A stretch of DNA of 64,000 bases, from the NCBI RefSeq assembly GCF_006345805.1, contig NC_043001.1, positions 58,156,001 through 58,220,000 on the forward strand, given 5' to 3'. Source of the DNA: Octopus sinensis. Its lineage: Eukaryota. A model generated the notes under the pieces. The model was not told the DNA's origin. It saw nothing but the letters and a program-made list of their open reading frames with translations, and did no database searches. Both the position numbers and the translations under genes were made by a program. Of this stretch, positions 27,540 through 41,286 are shown one piece after another; within the stretch, counting starts at the first letter, position 1, and every line of letters begins with the position of its first letter.

Positions 27540-29935
27540 TGGTTTTTCTGACGATGTGCGCATTACTTATCAGCATGGTTCTTTTGCGATATTATTTAGA
27601 TGTTTCTCATATCCATTTCTCATCATTCATGGAACCCACAGGAACAGTTCTCACTTCAAGATGCCACATCATTTATACCTCAAATTCCAGGCCCTTATAT
27701 TTGCTTAAATTGTCAAACTCCTTTACAGATATATTTTTATCAGTGGGAACACTTACAGCTATTAGTATTTTTCTCCGATCTTTAATGACTATGTCTGGTC
27801 GGTTAACGTAAATCGTTATTGACTGGAAAATCCCAGACGATAGTGACATTTTTACCTTCAACGAATGATTCAAAATGATGTTCATACACGTGAGCAGCAA
27901 TACTGATTTTGTACTGTTTACATATTTTCCAATGTAAATACTGTCCTATCTTATCATAGCGATTATTATTCGTTTGGTGTCAGCACAAGCCATCCTGAGA
28001 CGAAATGGCCTATTGTTTCATCAAAATTAACGCGGAATCTGCTTTTAGGGTCAGAACAGTTCTTAAGAAAGTTAGCCTTGTAGTTTTTGTTAAGCAAACG
28101 TTGATCTTGTGCTGCCAATATGAAACATTCAAACTCTGCTTTCAATCTTGAGATACTCAGACACTGATAGGTTGTTGCTCGGTCTATATTATCATTTTGG
28201 CTTCGATGATAATATTATCATCATCATTATTGTTATTCAGTAGTCTTATTTTTATTATGTGCTTTCAATATACTACCGAGCGCATCTCTACTTGCTTTGG
28301 GTATGTGCTGAGGTTTTGTGGTGCTCTTATCTTCACCGTATTGAATGCGTTTTACCTAGGATGTGTGCAGTGCCTAGTAGTGATATTTTGTGTGTTTTAC
28401 TAACATGTAAAACACACAGAATATCACTGGTGCTTTTGTTATGTATTATTCCAAATGTCTTGTTTTCATACCTAAAGCACCTACTACAATGGGAATTGTA
28501 TCTGTTTTTAGACTCCACATTCGAGTTACCTCTATATCCAGGTATTTGTATTTTGAACATTTCTCTGTTTCTTTTAGAGAAACGTTGCCACCTGTTCATA
28601 TTGATACATCGATTAGAAAGCATTTTTTCTTCGTAATCTCTGACATCTATATCCGGCATTTAGCCTTAATTTCCCCATCTGTGTCTATTGGCGTATTCCA
28701 GAGTATGGTTTCATTCTCATTTTCTGTGAACCTTTTTGGCGTGCGCCTATACATTTTTCTTCTGTCTTTGTTCCATATTGTTGGCATAGCTTCCAATGTG
28801 TATAGATCGCAACTGTGTCGGGTCTGTGAATATATTCCTTTTTAACCAGGACTGGCCTGTCAAAGACAATATAATTTATTGATACTTCTCCATCACCACA
28901 TGTTCTGCACTTCTATTTCTTTTCTTTATTTGTTTATTGTAATTATTGTTTTAAAGGTTTTAATCTTCTGATGCAATACAAAATCCTTCAGTCTCTGCTT
29001 TGAGTCCTGATCTTCTCAGCCTTTGTTGGGATTTTGCTTTTCCTATTCCTTTTCTGTTTAGCTTAACCCAATATTTGCCATGTAGGGACCTTTCTCGCCT
29101 TCGTTTTTATCATGTTATTTTGCTGTTTCAGCTTTAGTTTGGAATTAAGTTGATTTTCAGCATTTTGTGTCTCATCTTTTTCTTCATAGTTGTATGTACT
29201 ATGACAACTTTTTGTATTTGTCAGTTTCCTTGAAGACAGAAAACAAATTATATTTTGTTTTTGTTCGTGATTCGTGCCTATTTGTATTAGTCTTCCTTGC
29301 TTCTGAAGTAGATATTATGTAGTCCTATGGTAGGACTAGATATTCTGTAGTCATATTTTCTAGCTGCATAAAATTTCTACCACCTTCGATACGTTGTGTA
29401 TATAGCATTTCTATTTTAGGTTTTTGGTGGGGCATTCTAAATCCTGTCATCATTTTGTTTGTTTACCTGTCTGTTTTGATTAGTTCATTTAGCATCAAGT
29501 TAAGACTTCTGTAGACGTAACTTATAACTGGAACGTCTAGAGTGTTGTTACTTATCTTGTTTTTCGCATTGAGCTCTGCTTTCAATATTAATCTAACTCG
29601 TCTATAGTATTCCTCTCTTATCTTCTCTTTCAATTGTGTGTGTTGCATCGTATCTCGTTCATATATTCCTAAATATTTGTATGGCTTTGGTCTAATTCTT
29701 ATTTTTCAATTGCTTTATCTAATATGATATTGTTACTCGCAGCTAATTTTCCTCTTTCTATAGTTACTTTGGCAGATTTTTCTAAGCCTAATTTCGTTTT
29801 TATTTCTTTGGTAAATCCAGGTACTGTCTGTAGTAATGTTTCCAGCTGTTTATCATTTGTAGTATACAGTTTTAGATCGCCCATATTAAAGAGATGGTTG
29901 ATTATTTTGGCGTAACATTTGTATCCAGATTATTA
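27540..29935 (-). mobile_element. decayed R4/Dong-clade LINE fragments (at least two RLE ends and an RT piece)
   Basis: Minus-strand VNRPDIVIKD…SVPTDKNISVKEFDNLSKYKGLEFEV (27673-27900), a second RLE end near 28260-28700, and RT MGDLKLYTTNDKQLETLL…FGLEK-like segment (29699-29884). Confidence 0.85.
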
Positions 29936-29957
29936 TTATTATTATTATCATTATTAT

Positions 29958-29992
<35 letters not shown>

Positions 29993-30209
29993 TACTAGCG
30001 GGATACGTGGAATTTCTACGAACCGATTCACAGAATGTTGAGTAAATAACATACTTTTTCTACATATATGTATGTATAAATTAACACATTGAAGAAAAGA
30101 GTAATTGAAATCTCTGCATATATATATAATAGAATGAAATACGTAGGCAGCAAATACTAATATTGCATTTATTTGTACAGTTCTGTTTATAAATGCATAC
30201 ATTTTAGCT

Positions 30210-32090
30210 ATTAATTCTATCCTTTTTTAACATACGATAATCCTAAGCTGGGAACATAAACAACACATAGAGAAACTTGGGAGTGTCCACCATAAGTGCA
30301 AAGTTTGCCAGTGCCAATCAGTCCGTGGTACTCCCCACTCACAACATAGAGCCATGCTATTTTCCTCAAGGAGGTATACAGAAATACTTTAATTCTAATT
30401 CTATCATCCACATGAACAGTATGGTCCGACAAAGCATTCGTTTTTTAAAAATTCTCAAGTCTTTCATGTCTCTTAAAGTTTTAACAAGTCTTTTTATTTT
30501 TAACTCTGATGAGAGAAGTGTAAACAATAGTTATGTTTGGAGCTATAATAATTATAACATCGAAAAATACCTTAGAAATGAGAACCCCGGTTCGAAATCT
30601 CCCCAAGACACCTGATGAAACTGGGGGGTATATCAGCCGAGACGTTGTGCTAACAACAAGCAAGATGAGGACAAATATCCGTCAAATATAAATAATATAC
30701 ATAATGCACATACTTCTTCATCTCTTAAATATAGAACTCTATTCAATGATTGCCTCACAAATTCCTCTTGGCAATATGGGTAGGACTTACTTAAACTCTC
30801 CCTCCAACAGCACAATTTTACTACAAAAATCAGCAGCAATGCTAGTGCTATCTCGCAAGGCTTTATCAATAGCATGAAGAGCAAATGAAGGGACCATAGT
30901 AGCATCATCCAAGATGATCAAAATCCGGTTTCATAAATGATTTGCTTGGTCTGAAGTGGCTGGTATATTAAAAAAGCTCGTCTCCGTGAATGGCACGTGC
31001 AAGTTGAACAAACTATGGATAGTCTTTCCACTTGATAGGAGTCTAGAAGCAACGGCTGTCCAAGTACCACTGCACACGTTGTTCCTTCCTAGATAAGAAA
31101 TTATGTAATTGAACATATGTTTTAACACAACCACCTGGTGCATCTACACAGAAACAGGAGTGACTGGGCACTTCAACTCTCCTCTTCTTATCTACAGATT
31201 CAAGCAATCAGTCTCTGTTCATCAGTAAGCGTTACAATGCCTGGGTGACAGAGGTCTTCATGTTGGTCAATCTGCGGTAACCCAAAAGGTTCAGCCAGCC
31301 CAATTGCTAAACAATTAATGTCATCCTCTATCAGAATTGCATCAATTGAGTGCAGTACCATGTTTTCTGCCAGTTCTGCATTAAAACCTTGGTGCAAGAA
31401 ATCTATCATGGAATCCTTGTGAGTGGTCCACAAGTGAAGAGCATTTGCAGGGCAGCAAGCATAACACGTAACTCTAAGGGCATCCGACAGGCAGCAGCTT
31501 CTAGCAATGCATGTTGCAGTGTGTCATCGTTTGAGAGAAGACCATATCACAGGCATGCTGCCTTAAATGTTGGCAAGATTTCTCCTTCTACAGTGCACAA
31601 ATTCTTGAGGCTCACGGTGCCTGAAACAATCAGCAGCAACATTCTCAACTAATTTTTTTCTGTATCTCTAGGGCTCACTATATATATTATAGTGATGATA
31701 TTAGTATTATTTTGCCTTGTTATCCATGTTCTAGTGCGCTCATTAAGCACATAATGCAGCGATATGTCAGGGTACAAGTTGTTCCTTGCATCATCATCAA
31801 GCTCATTCAGTGTGAAGTGAGAGTAGCGTCACGGTCGCTATGTGTCTGAGCAGCTTGCTCAGCGTTGTCTCTGTGAAAGTAAACTCTTTGCGGGTCTTAA
31901 AGATGTACTGCAAGTCTGTAGAGAGTGTGAGATGTGTCATGTCACCTGAACTCTGACAGACTCCACATAGCTTCCGGAGGAGAAACATAACGGCAAGCAA
32001 TTTAATTAGTAATTTCATCGTGAGCGTGATTCTGCTCACGATCTGCCGCTGGGTTGTCTCTTACTTTAATAGAGGCACAGTCATGTCCCC
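30210..32090 (-). mobile_element. Helitron RepHel fragment (Rep C-terminus and PIF1-like helicase), decayed
   Basis: RYVSPPEAMWSLSEF…SHTLYRLAVHL (Rep); LRMLLL…TFKAACL..GLLSNDD; GKTIHSLFNLHVP…IILDDATMVP…AIDKALRD…VLPILPR (helicase motifs Ia-III). A degenerate HG(Q)LYV motif lies near 30350. Confidence 0.85.
30480..30738 (+). mobile_element. PLE pLTR-like insert with degenerate minimal hammerhead (30608-30650)
   Basis: ACAC-CTGATGA-AACTGGGGGGTATATCAGCC-GAGA-CGTT-GTGC. The hammerhead layout has GAAA mutated to GAGA. The segment is homologous to 27421-27530 and interrupts the Helitron. Confidence 0.55.
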
Positions 32091-32110
32091 TGGACACGTA
32101 CTAGACGATA

Positions 32111-32490
32111 TACAGGGTTTGGGCAGAATAATGGAAACACCTAGCATCATAGCATCATAATATTCAAATATCTATAAAATCGTTAAATGCTTGTTTATTT
32201 TTATGTCATTATTATTGTTGACTAATATGGTTTGCCAAAATTGTTGTTTCTTTTCATATATCATCGGAAAAACGTAATTAAAATGATAGATCTATCAGAC
32301 TTTCAAAGAGGTCAAATTGTTGTTGCTCATATGGCAGGCGATATCGTAACGAAAGCAGCCGGAATGTTTGGTGTATGAAGAAGTACTGTTTTGAAAGTAA
32401 TAACTGTCTTTGAGAAAGAGGGAAAAACCTTATCATCGAAATAAAACTCCAGAAGAAAACCAAGACGTTCAGATAAGGAGCGTCAGACTC
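32111..32490 (+). mobile_element. Tc1-family transposon 5' fragment
   Basis: TIR-like TACAGGGTTTGGGCAGAATAATGGAAACACC, then DLSDFQRGQIVVAH…, homologous to 36045-36260. Confidence 0.8.
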
Positions 32491-32494
32491 TTAT

Positions 32495-33055
32495 TTGCAA
32501 GTTTGTTGCTTCTCGAGACTCTTATTTGTAAGTTTGTTCCTGCTCGAGTTCTTTTATGACTGTCAACATCCGACAGCATTGAATGTAAGGTCTTCAGTTT
32601 CCCTATCTGCAAAGTGGCCTTAGCATATTTATCAAGTCCAAATTCCATCCCATTGTCATCACAGAAGGCTTTGACAGTACATAGACGTCCTTCAAGCCCA
32701 TTATGACATTGCGTATAGATTGTTAAGTCATCCATATACAACACATTACTTATTTTATTGTCGACAGGTTTATATCCGTACCCTGTTCTGTAAAGTTCAC
32801 TTGTAACGAGTATTTGGGCTATGCGGAAAATTAAAGATGAAAGTGAGTTACTTTGGAAAATGCCGCATTTCATATTAATATTTGTTGTGGTCAGTACTCT
32901 ATCAGAGAGGTATAATTGTAGATTCGTATTTCACATTGACATGTTGTGCTTCAGGAAGTTTGAATTCACGGGAGAAATATTGAAGATATCCTTTGATTTC
33001 AAGATCCATGAATGTGGCACGCTGTCGAAGGCCTTTTTATGATCCATCCATGCAG
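32495..33055 (-). mobile_element. R4/Dong-type RT fragment
   Basis: KKAFDSVPHSWI, GIFQSNSLSSLIF, YMDD and FGLDKYAKA on the minus strand. Confidence 0.85.
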
Positions 33056-33063
33056 AGCTGTGA

Positions 33064-33572
33064 TTGAGTGGGAGAGCTATGTATGCCATCAAAGTAACAC
33101 TGGAGTACTAAGCGTAATATACCTATCATGACGACAAGCGTATAAGCGTATACGAGGTACAAGTATCACAATCATATGTGTGCGATGTGTGATCTCATAT
33201 CGAGATAAGCAAAGCATGACCTTGCAGGTGAGGTCCAGTTAGAATATTTTTCAGGTCATGTAACCCTTCCTGCTCAAGAGATCCCTGAATAAGGGTTGTT
33301 TAATGATGTTGAACAAAACGCCAATGTTTTCAATGGTAAATTATACAAACCCCAAAGAATTCCCCTAAATACATGGCTTCGATGCTCCCCCACTACTTCT
33401 ATCATAAGCAACCAGGGACATGATCAGATGGGTAGGATCAAATAAGTGACAAGCAAATCAGTGGCACTGAGCAGAATATTTGCTTTAGCCCATATTTTAT
33501 ACCAAGATAAAACAATGTACATGATGACACTTCCAATCAGTTAAGATAAGAAACAATGCGAGCCAGTGCATG
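33064..33572 (-). mobile_element. non-coding ~510-bp non-autonomous retroelement (same family as 41497-42050)
   Basis: Reverse complement aligns with 41497-42050 (e.g. GATCCCTGAATAAGGGTTGTTTAA.GATGTTGAAC; TACCAAGA.AAAACAATGTACATGAT.ACAC). It adjoins an (ATT)/(ACT) array. Confidence 0.7.
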
Positions 33573-33621
33573 ATTATTATTAATATAATTATTATTACTA
33601 CTACTACAACTACTACTTCTA

Positions 33622-33696
<75 letters not shown>

Positions 33697-33726
33697 TTAT
33701 TATTGTTATTATTATCATCATCATCA

Positions 33727-33808
<82 letters not shown>

Positions 33809-33818
33809 CATTATTATA
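33573..33818. repeat. compound (ATT)/(ACT)/(GCT) microsatellite
   Basis: Directly visible. Confidence 0.95.
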
Positions 33819-33819
33819 G

Positions 33820-34350
33820 TAGACGTCGCACAGTATACAATATCGTGATGTTGTTGATTGAAGATATTTTAACTACCGGGGATTTGTACTGTTTGTCAAG
33901 TCACAACAAGGACCTCAGACAGATATTACTTTACACAATATGTGTATAGTTCCAAATAATGCCGACTTTTGAAATACACAAAATTGTAGGGCTTTTCTGA
34001 AGTCTTCAAATGTGTTTTTCAGATTGGGTGGTATTGAAACCCAATGCTCCAATAAAAATAGGGAAAACCTTTATGTTTGACTCTCGTGGCTGTCACATCT
34101 TAGTGATCTCAGTTCTTACGTCGCGATATTTTATCAACATTTTCTCTTTCTTTCATTATGATACGTTGATCTGCTGGCACTGCCACGTTAACTATTGTTG
34201 TTTGTCCCTCATAAAGTTTACTATACTCGGCCTTCGATGCTATAATACCTTGCTTGTCTACAAGTCCAAGCTTTATAGAATTTTTGCCTTCCTCTTTTCG
34301 TCGATTACCTTTTCCGCTTTATGTTGGCACCAAGCACACGTAACCTCATA
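33820..34350 (-). mobile_element. R4/Dong-type RLE 3' fragment
   Basis: Minus strand reads NVS..KEKMLIKYRDVRTEITKM…KVFPIFIGALG. The 3' end runs into the (AAT)n array. Confidence 0.7.
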
Positions 34351-34475
34351 TTAATACTTACGGCAAGTGGAGGTTTTGGGCTACCTTGTCATGTCTACGC
34401 TTGTACACTCTCTGCGCAAGACTTTCACAAGCACTAACAATGTGAGTCACGCTTTCTACCCTTATCATCATCATT

Positions 34476-34690
34476 AAGGTGGCGAGCTGGCAAAACCGTT
34501 ACCGCGTTGGACGAAATGCTTAGCAGTATTTCGCCCGTCACTACGTTCTGAGTTCAAATTTCGGCAAGGTTGACTTTGCTTTTATCCTTTCGGGGTCGAT
34601 AAATTAAGTGCCAGTTGAGTACTGGAGTTGATGTAATCGATTGATCCCCGCCTCCCCAAATCTACCCTTGTGGGAAAATATTGCAACAAC
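34476..34690 (+). mobile_element. tRNA-derived SINE
   Basis: GGTGGCGAGCTGGCAAAACCGTT…GAGTTCAAATT (B box)…CTTTCGGGGTCGATAAATTAAGT. Related copies at 51065-51200, 53691-53890 and 60835-60990. Confidence 0.75.
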
Positions 34691-35913
34691 TATTTTTATC
34701 ATCATAATCGTTTATATTATTATTGATGGTGTCGAGCTGACAGAATCTTCCTTACGATGTGAGTTCAAATTCCGTGACGTGATGAAATATACAGCCAACT
34801 ACATGGGTAGGGGTTATAGTAACGAATAAACCCATTCATTGAAAATTGCTGACCTTTTGCCTTTGTGAGAATCTATTACAAATAATTTTATTTTATGACT
34901 TACTTTCAGCTTTTCTATATTTAAATATCTATTTGTGTATTTATATATTTATTTCTTGTTGAGAAATTTGACATCATTGTTTTTGCTACTTGATCAGAAG
35001 GAGAATAATAACGAAGTAAACATGAATAAACACGCCATTTATTTAATTCGATATTTCTATATTTACTGTTTCTTCTTAATCCATTCCAACCCAAAACACA
35101 CTTTTCCTATAAGTGTGCTATTATTTATAATGTTTAGTGATATTTCTAAGTGCTTCTGTTGGCTAAAAATGTCAAAGATCTGTGACATTTTAAAGATGAT
35201 AAACAATATTAATATTATTAGCTCTGATGTTTCTTGGTGCCAGTTGTTTAACAGTTAATACTGCTGTCGATGATGTTGCTTTTGTTCTGAGTAATATTGG
35301 AAGGGAATATGATCTGGAACAATTATACTTATCTCTTCCACTTAGTATAAAACAAAAATGGAATGAGAAATATCAGAGATACACAAACATAAATGCACAA
35401 TCACACAGTCACATACTCACAGTAACACACTCGTACATACACGCATCCCCAAACACTAAAGCAATACTAAAGCATCAAAATAACTGCACATTTTCAGCTT
35501 AAGTTATAAAAATTGACATATAATTAGTTCATTGTCTACTCGATACGGAAGAATTATTTATATAGCAAAGTCTCTCTCTCCCTCACACACACACACACAC
35601 ACGCACAAAGACGTATGCATATGCATATATGTATATATCTATATATAGATAAATGTATAGTATATATCGTATCGACATACACGCACATACACACACACAC
35701 ACACACCACACACACACACATATATATATTATATATATATATATACATGATAGATAGATAGATATATAGATAGATAGATAGATAGATTTACACACATATA
35801 TATATATTATATATATATATATATAATACACTTGGAGATCGATGCATAGCATTCAATAAATTATAAAATGTTATATATATATATATCTATATCTATATAT
35901 ATATATATATAAT

Positions 35914-35951
<38 letters not shown>

Positions 35952-36044
35952 CGCATATATGCATACAGGTCGTCAGAAGCTCTACACAACATGAAGTATG
36001 AAAACAAACGAGTTAAGTACGTAAAAATAGCGTAATTAAAATTC

Positions 36045-37130
36045 ATTAAAATTACAGATCTATCGGACTTTCAATGGGTTCTAATTGTTGTTGCTCATAT
36101 GGCAGGCGCTAGCGTAACAAAAACAGCCGAAATGTTCGGTGCATCAAGAAGTACTCACTCGAAAGTCATGACAACCTTTGAAAATGAGAGAAAAGCCTCC
36201 CTGTCGAAAAAAAATTCCTGCAGAGAACCAAAACTTTCAGATAGGGACCGTCAGACTCTTACGCGAATTGTTAGAAAGTGTCACTAAAGTGCAGCTCCCA
36301 AAATTACTGAGAGCTTAACGACCACCTCGGGAACCCAGTTACCACAAAAATCGTTCACTGGGAGCTTCAAAAAACTTCATTTCACGGGAGGGCTGCAATT
36401 AGAAAACCACTAGTTTCAAAAAGAATGGTTGAAAAGCGTTTAGAATGGAGTAAAATCCTACAGAATTGATCCCTAGAGCAATGGAAGAATGTTATTTTCT
36501 CGGACTCGTTATCCTTTACATTATTTCCGATCACCAGCCAAGTATACGTCTAGACACAGCCAAAAGAAGCATTTGTCATAGACTGCCTTTTTCCAACTGC
36601 TAAACATAGAGGAGGATCTGTGATGATTTTGGGGAGGGATATATTTTGGAAATCCACTGGCCTAAAGGTTTCCTTTCATGGCAGAATTAATAGTCAAATC
36701 TATTTAAGCATTTTATCTGATCAAATTCATGCTATGGTTGCAGAAGCGTGTCCGGAGGGAAACGCAACATTTCAGGGTGATAATGCACCAATTCACACAA
36801 CTAAGGTTGTTACTGAATAGTGGGAGGAACATTCTATTGAAGTTGAACATCGTTTCTATCCACCACAGTCCCCAGATCTCATTATTGTGGAATATTTATG
36901 GTGCATTTTAGGAAAACAAATAAGGAGTCGATATCCTCCAGCATCATTACTACAAGACTTGAGACTGTTTTAGCTGAAGAATGGACGAAAATCCCTTTAG
37001 AAACAATTCAAAGTTTGTACGAGTCCATACCTCATAGAATTGAATGTAATCACTGCCAAAATCGGTCCTACTCCATCTTAAAATAAATTTGTTAGAAATT
37101 TTGAGGAGTTTCGATTTTGTCCAACCACCT
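36045..37130 (+). mobile_element. decayed Tc1 transposon (DD34E type)
   Basis: MAGASVTKTAEMFG…KLSDRDRQTL (HTH), RKPLV…WKNVIFSD, FQGDNAPIHT, PQSPDL..VEYLW and a degenerate right TIR near 37105-37130. Confidence 0.9.
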
Positions 37131-37472
37131 CACCTTCGAAACACGCTGGAGTTGAACTAGGGACAGCTGATGAAGGGGATTTTTCCTTGTTTAGTTGTCT
37201 TGTACTCTGCTTTTTCGTTGTTAAAAAAACCGTCCGTTCCATGCTGTTTTTACCTTTTCGTTTCTCGTTGAGTTCTACGTCTATTTGTGGTGTCCTGTAC
37301 ACACGTATATATATTTATATATGCATGTATATATACATGTAGATGTAGGTACGTACATATATGTTTGTATGCATATATTTTATTTATTACACTATTGTAT
37401 GACTGAGCGCCCTCGCGTCGATTCGATTCGTTTGGTTGGTTTCGTTTCTTCTTCTCTAAGCTGGTTTATATA

Positions 37473-37514
<42 letters not shown>

Positions 37515-37527
37515 AATATATATATAT

Positions 37528-37606
<79 letters not shown>

Positions 37607-37626
37607 ACACACACACACACACACAC

Positions 37627-37664
<38 letters not shown>

Positions 37665-37788
37665 TTAATTAAACTCATAGGGTAGCAAGAATATTCATAG
37701 AAAAATTCTTTGTTACCAGTGGTCTAGCGAGAAAGAAAAAATTAGTCAATAGACTATATATTATTCAAAGAAGAATAAATAGATATAT

Positions 37789-37832
<44 letters not shown>

Positions 37833-38494
37833 ACAGGCAGGTGTGAGTGTGATATGCTCAGCATAGAAAGCAAGTCTTGCTCAAATAGATTTGAACTCAA
37901 ACACCGAATTCTTCACTGTGTAGCTATAAACGGAATTCATGGTGATCTGAGGTGGAGGTACTGATGCATGTGTTTATCTTTCTGAATACATTTTGTAATA
38001 TGCGTCTACTTGATTCTATATTCACGCGTGTGTATACATTACGATGTTGTATGTGTGACTGTTTCGTGTACGTGAAACCTAATTGTGTTTGCCTGCAGCA
38101 CTACCTATCCCTCACTGTATATACCTATAAACACTCATGCATTCTAATATATTTTAGTATACCAACAGTTATTCTATAGCACTGCCTTGTTTAGTGGAAC
38201 GTAAGAAATCTGACGTCACTTTTGGAGCAGACTCTTCGTGTGACATGCATGTAATAATTTTCCAGCTGGGATAGTAGCTGTTATAATCCTTCACGGAACA
38301 TTTATTAAAATAATTCTTATAGCTATGTCTCTACAGACTAGGAAATCACCCTCTAGGCTTGTGTTAACTTTCGAACAGAAAGCAGGTTAATCTATTCAGT
38401 CTGCCAAGCTCTATAATTACGTGTAGTAAATTTTATGATGGATATGTAAACTATCTCATCTTTGAAGCCAAAGCAAACCAGGTCATTATTCTAG

Positions 38495-38530
38495 ATGTGA
38501 GCAGCCTTATCGAATATTTCCTTAGAAATG
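38495..38530 (+). CDS. candidate host micro-exon (phase 1-1)
   Basis: ttattctAG|ATGTGAGC…AGAAATG|GTGAGA; 36 nt, open in phase 1 (VSSLIEYFLRN). The frame is also open upstream to 38368. Confidence 0.2.
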
Positions 38531-38710
38531 GTGAGATTAAATATCCTATCAGCTCTAAGGTTTTTAACCCATCATATCTCATGGCGTCCAGTAATCCGTC
38601 TATTCATCTCGATGTCTCCTCTAGACTTGCTTGACAAAACATATCGTTATTTGTTTAGGCAATCTAACATATCACCTTTTGGATAATTCGGTCATCTTTA
38701 TTTTCTTCAG

Positions 38711-38776
38711 AAAGCTTTCAAGACGTAAGAATTGGTACAAAAGCAAACGACATATCTTCCTGTAATATCAGTGCAG
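38711..38776 (+). CDS. candidate host exon (phase 1-1)
   Basis: ctttattttcttcAG|AAAGC…GTGCAG|GTAATA; 66 nt, open only in phase 1 (SFQDVRIGTKANDISSCNISA). Confidence 0.3.
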
Positions 38777-39153
38777 GTAATATTAAGGATTTTTCAACCT
38801 CGCTGATGTCATGTCTCTCAGTTGCAGAACTATCGCATTCCTAAACATTGGTTTAAGGGCTAGTTTGTTAATAGTAAGCGTTGTATTGTCGCATAATTAA
38901 AACATCGTAAAGATACTTAAGGTGCGTTGTATTAAAGAATCTAGGACTAACCGCTATCGTAGTAGTTGAAGAACTCCGAACATTAATAGCATTGATATCT
39001 TTTAGCAACTCATATGAAAACTCTTGTAGAGAAAGAAAAAGGTGGAGTGAAAATGCACAAAAGACCCAAACACATTACATTTCCTCGAATTGAAATGTAT
39101 TATACACGTGTATGTTGTGTATGTATGTGTATGTGAATGCATATATATATATA

Positions 39154-39197
<44 letters not shown>

Positions 39198-39216
39198 ATA
39201 TATATATATACATATA

Positions 39217-39262
<46 letters not shown>

Positions 39263-40414
39263 CGGTTATAGAAAATGGAAAAAAAAAATCATTACTTCTA
39301 ATATAATGGAACATTCTTTCACGCTGTTGTATATATATATACTCACACATGTGCATACAAATGCACACATACATATTGAAAGGCAGACTTATGGACATAC
39401 GTCCGCACATACGTGTAAGTGAGTTTGTGTTTGTATGACTCCGTATACCTAAGACTTTTGTCATAGTGTGCAGACTATAGTGAAAGAGTAATCGTGAATG
39501 TTAAAAGTACATGAAAAAAGTCTTGTTATTTAACGTCAGATATCATGCAAATGCAAGCCTTCATTGACGTATACGTTTATAGTTTCAATAAAGCAAAGCT
39601 GCATTTTTTTATACATTACACTTATAGTAATGTTTGTATACCACTATCAACCACAGATTTGTATTGACTCCCTGGATATTCTGAATATGTACATAGAAAT
39701 GTAGAAAGAAAATCAAGACAAAAGTATATTGAAAATATATTCAATGCAGCATTTTATTATAGCACTACATAAATGCGTTCGCCTTTAATAGTGCTGCAAC
39801 TGAAGTACTTTGATGTGCAATATACTAGGATAGTTACTAATGCATTGGAAAATAATATTTATTTTATATATTAATTTTTACTTTTTAAAATATCCCTGAG
39901 CATGTAGAGTAACAGGATTTATTTGACTCAGAAATACTTCACGTGCCCATTACTATGTTACCCACTTTTGTCATTATCTTTGTAAAAAGATTTAATTTGA
40001 AATATCTCCGTGCTTAAAATACTAACCAATGCAAGATTAAAATTCCTAATTTTACGCCTGATACGTGATGAGCTCCTGTCATGTAATCTAACACACATCT
40101 TTGCGCACACGATTGAGAGTAGTTTCAATTTCCGTGAATGATTCTGTAAAGTAATGTTTACATCTAACTAGTTTTTAACTTTAAATTTTCGAAGCTAGTA
40201 TTTATATATGTATTTATACTTTATCAACTTCGTAACAAGTTACACACATTATCATATATTTCAATTTGGAAACTGGAGACAAAAAACACGACACGCTGTA
40301 TTCACTGAAACGTGAATCACTGAGGTTTTGACGATACCTGTCATTAAAGAACTTGGTGTAGATCTCTTCAGTTATTTGAAGAAATCCTTAAATTCCTCTA
40401 GTATGATGTGATAC

Positions 40415-40461
<47 letters not shown>

Positions 40462-40465
40462 ATCT

Positions 40466-40529
<64 letters not shown>

Positions 40530-40583
40530 GCTACTACTACTACTACTACTGAAGCTGTCGATGATGATGATGATGATATAATA

Positions 40584-40682
40584 ATGTCCTGATGGCTCTC
40601 ATGGTATTTCATGCGTATACGGGGCTTCGCATATCTTACCCCAGTGTCACTTTGTCACTTTGATGGCACGCACTGCTTTCTT
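40584..40682 (+). mobile_element. internally deleted mini copy of the 41497-42050 element
   Basis: 5' ATGTCCTGATG…GCTCTCATGG joined directly to the 3' end GGGCTTCGCATAT…CCCCAGTGTCACTTTG…ATGGCACGCACTGCT, followed by (AAT)n. Confidence 0.6.
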
Positions 40683-40701
40683 AATAATAATAATAATAAT
40701 G

Positions 40702-40820
<119 letters not shown>

Positions 40821-41192
40821 CAGCAAAATGTGGAACCTGAAGACTAAAACAATACCTGTTGTCATAGGTGCCCTGGGAATGATAGCAAAAGGGGCTGATT
40901 GCTACCTAACTCAGATACCAGGAAACTCGAAAATGGCAGAAATTCAAAAGATAGTGCTCATGGGAACTGCTCATATCCTACGCAAAATACTCTCTATGTA
41001 ATCTCAAGGATTAAAACAAACTTTTTTTAAAATTTATTTATTAGACATTCACTAGTACAACACCAAAAAACCCCCAAATATATGGCACACTAGGCATAAC
41101 AACAACGTGAACTTCCAACCTGTTGTCTCTTGAGGTCTCTGGGTGAGACTTGGAGCCAACTTGTACAAACATAAAGCAGAAGTCAAACATAG
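40821..41192 (+). mobile_element. 5'-truncated 3' end of the same R4/Dong family as 23031-26930
   Basis: Highly similar to 26511-26930 (SKMWNLKTKTIPVVIGALGMIAKG…HILRKILSM, then 3' UTR …GTCAAACATAG). Flanked by (AAT)n on both sides. Confidence 0.95.
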
Positions 41193-41254
41193 AATAATAA
41201 TAATAACAATAATGATAATAAGGAGGAGGAGGAAGAGGAAGAGGAGAAGTAGAA

Positions 41255-41286
<32 letters not shown>

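Noticed and set aside
37135-37190. CCTTC-GAAAC…CTGATGA-AGGGG, a possible permuted hammerhead
   Set aside because: Stems I and III cannot be formed with a valid NUH triplet.
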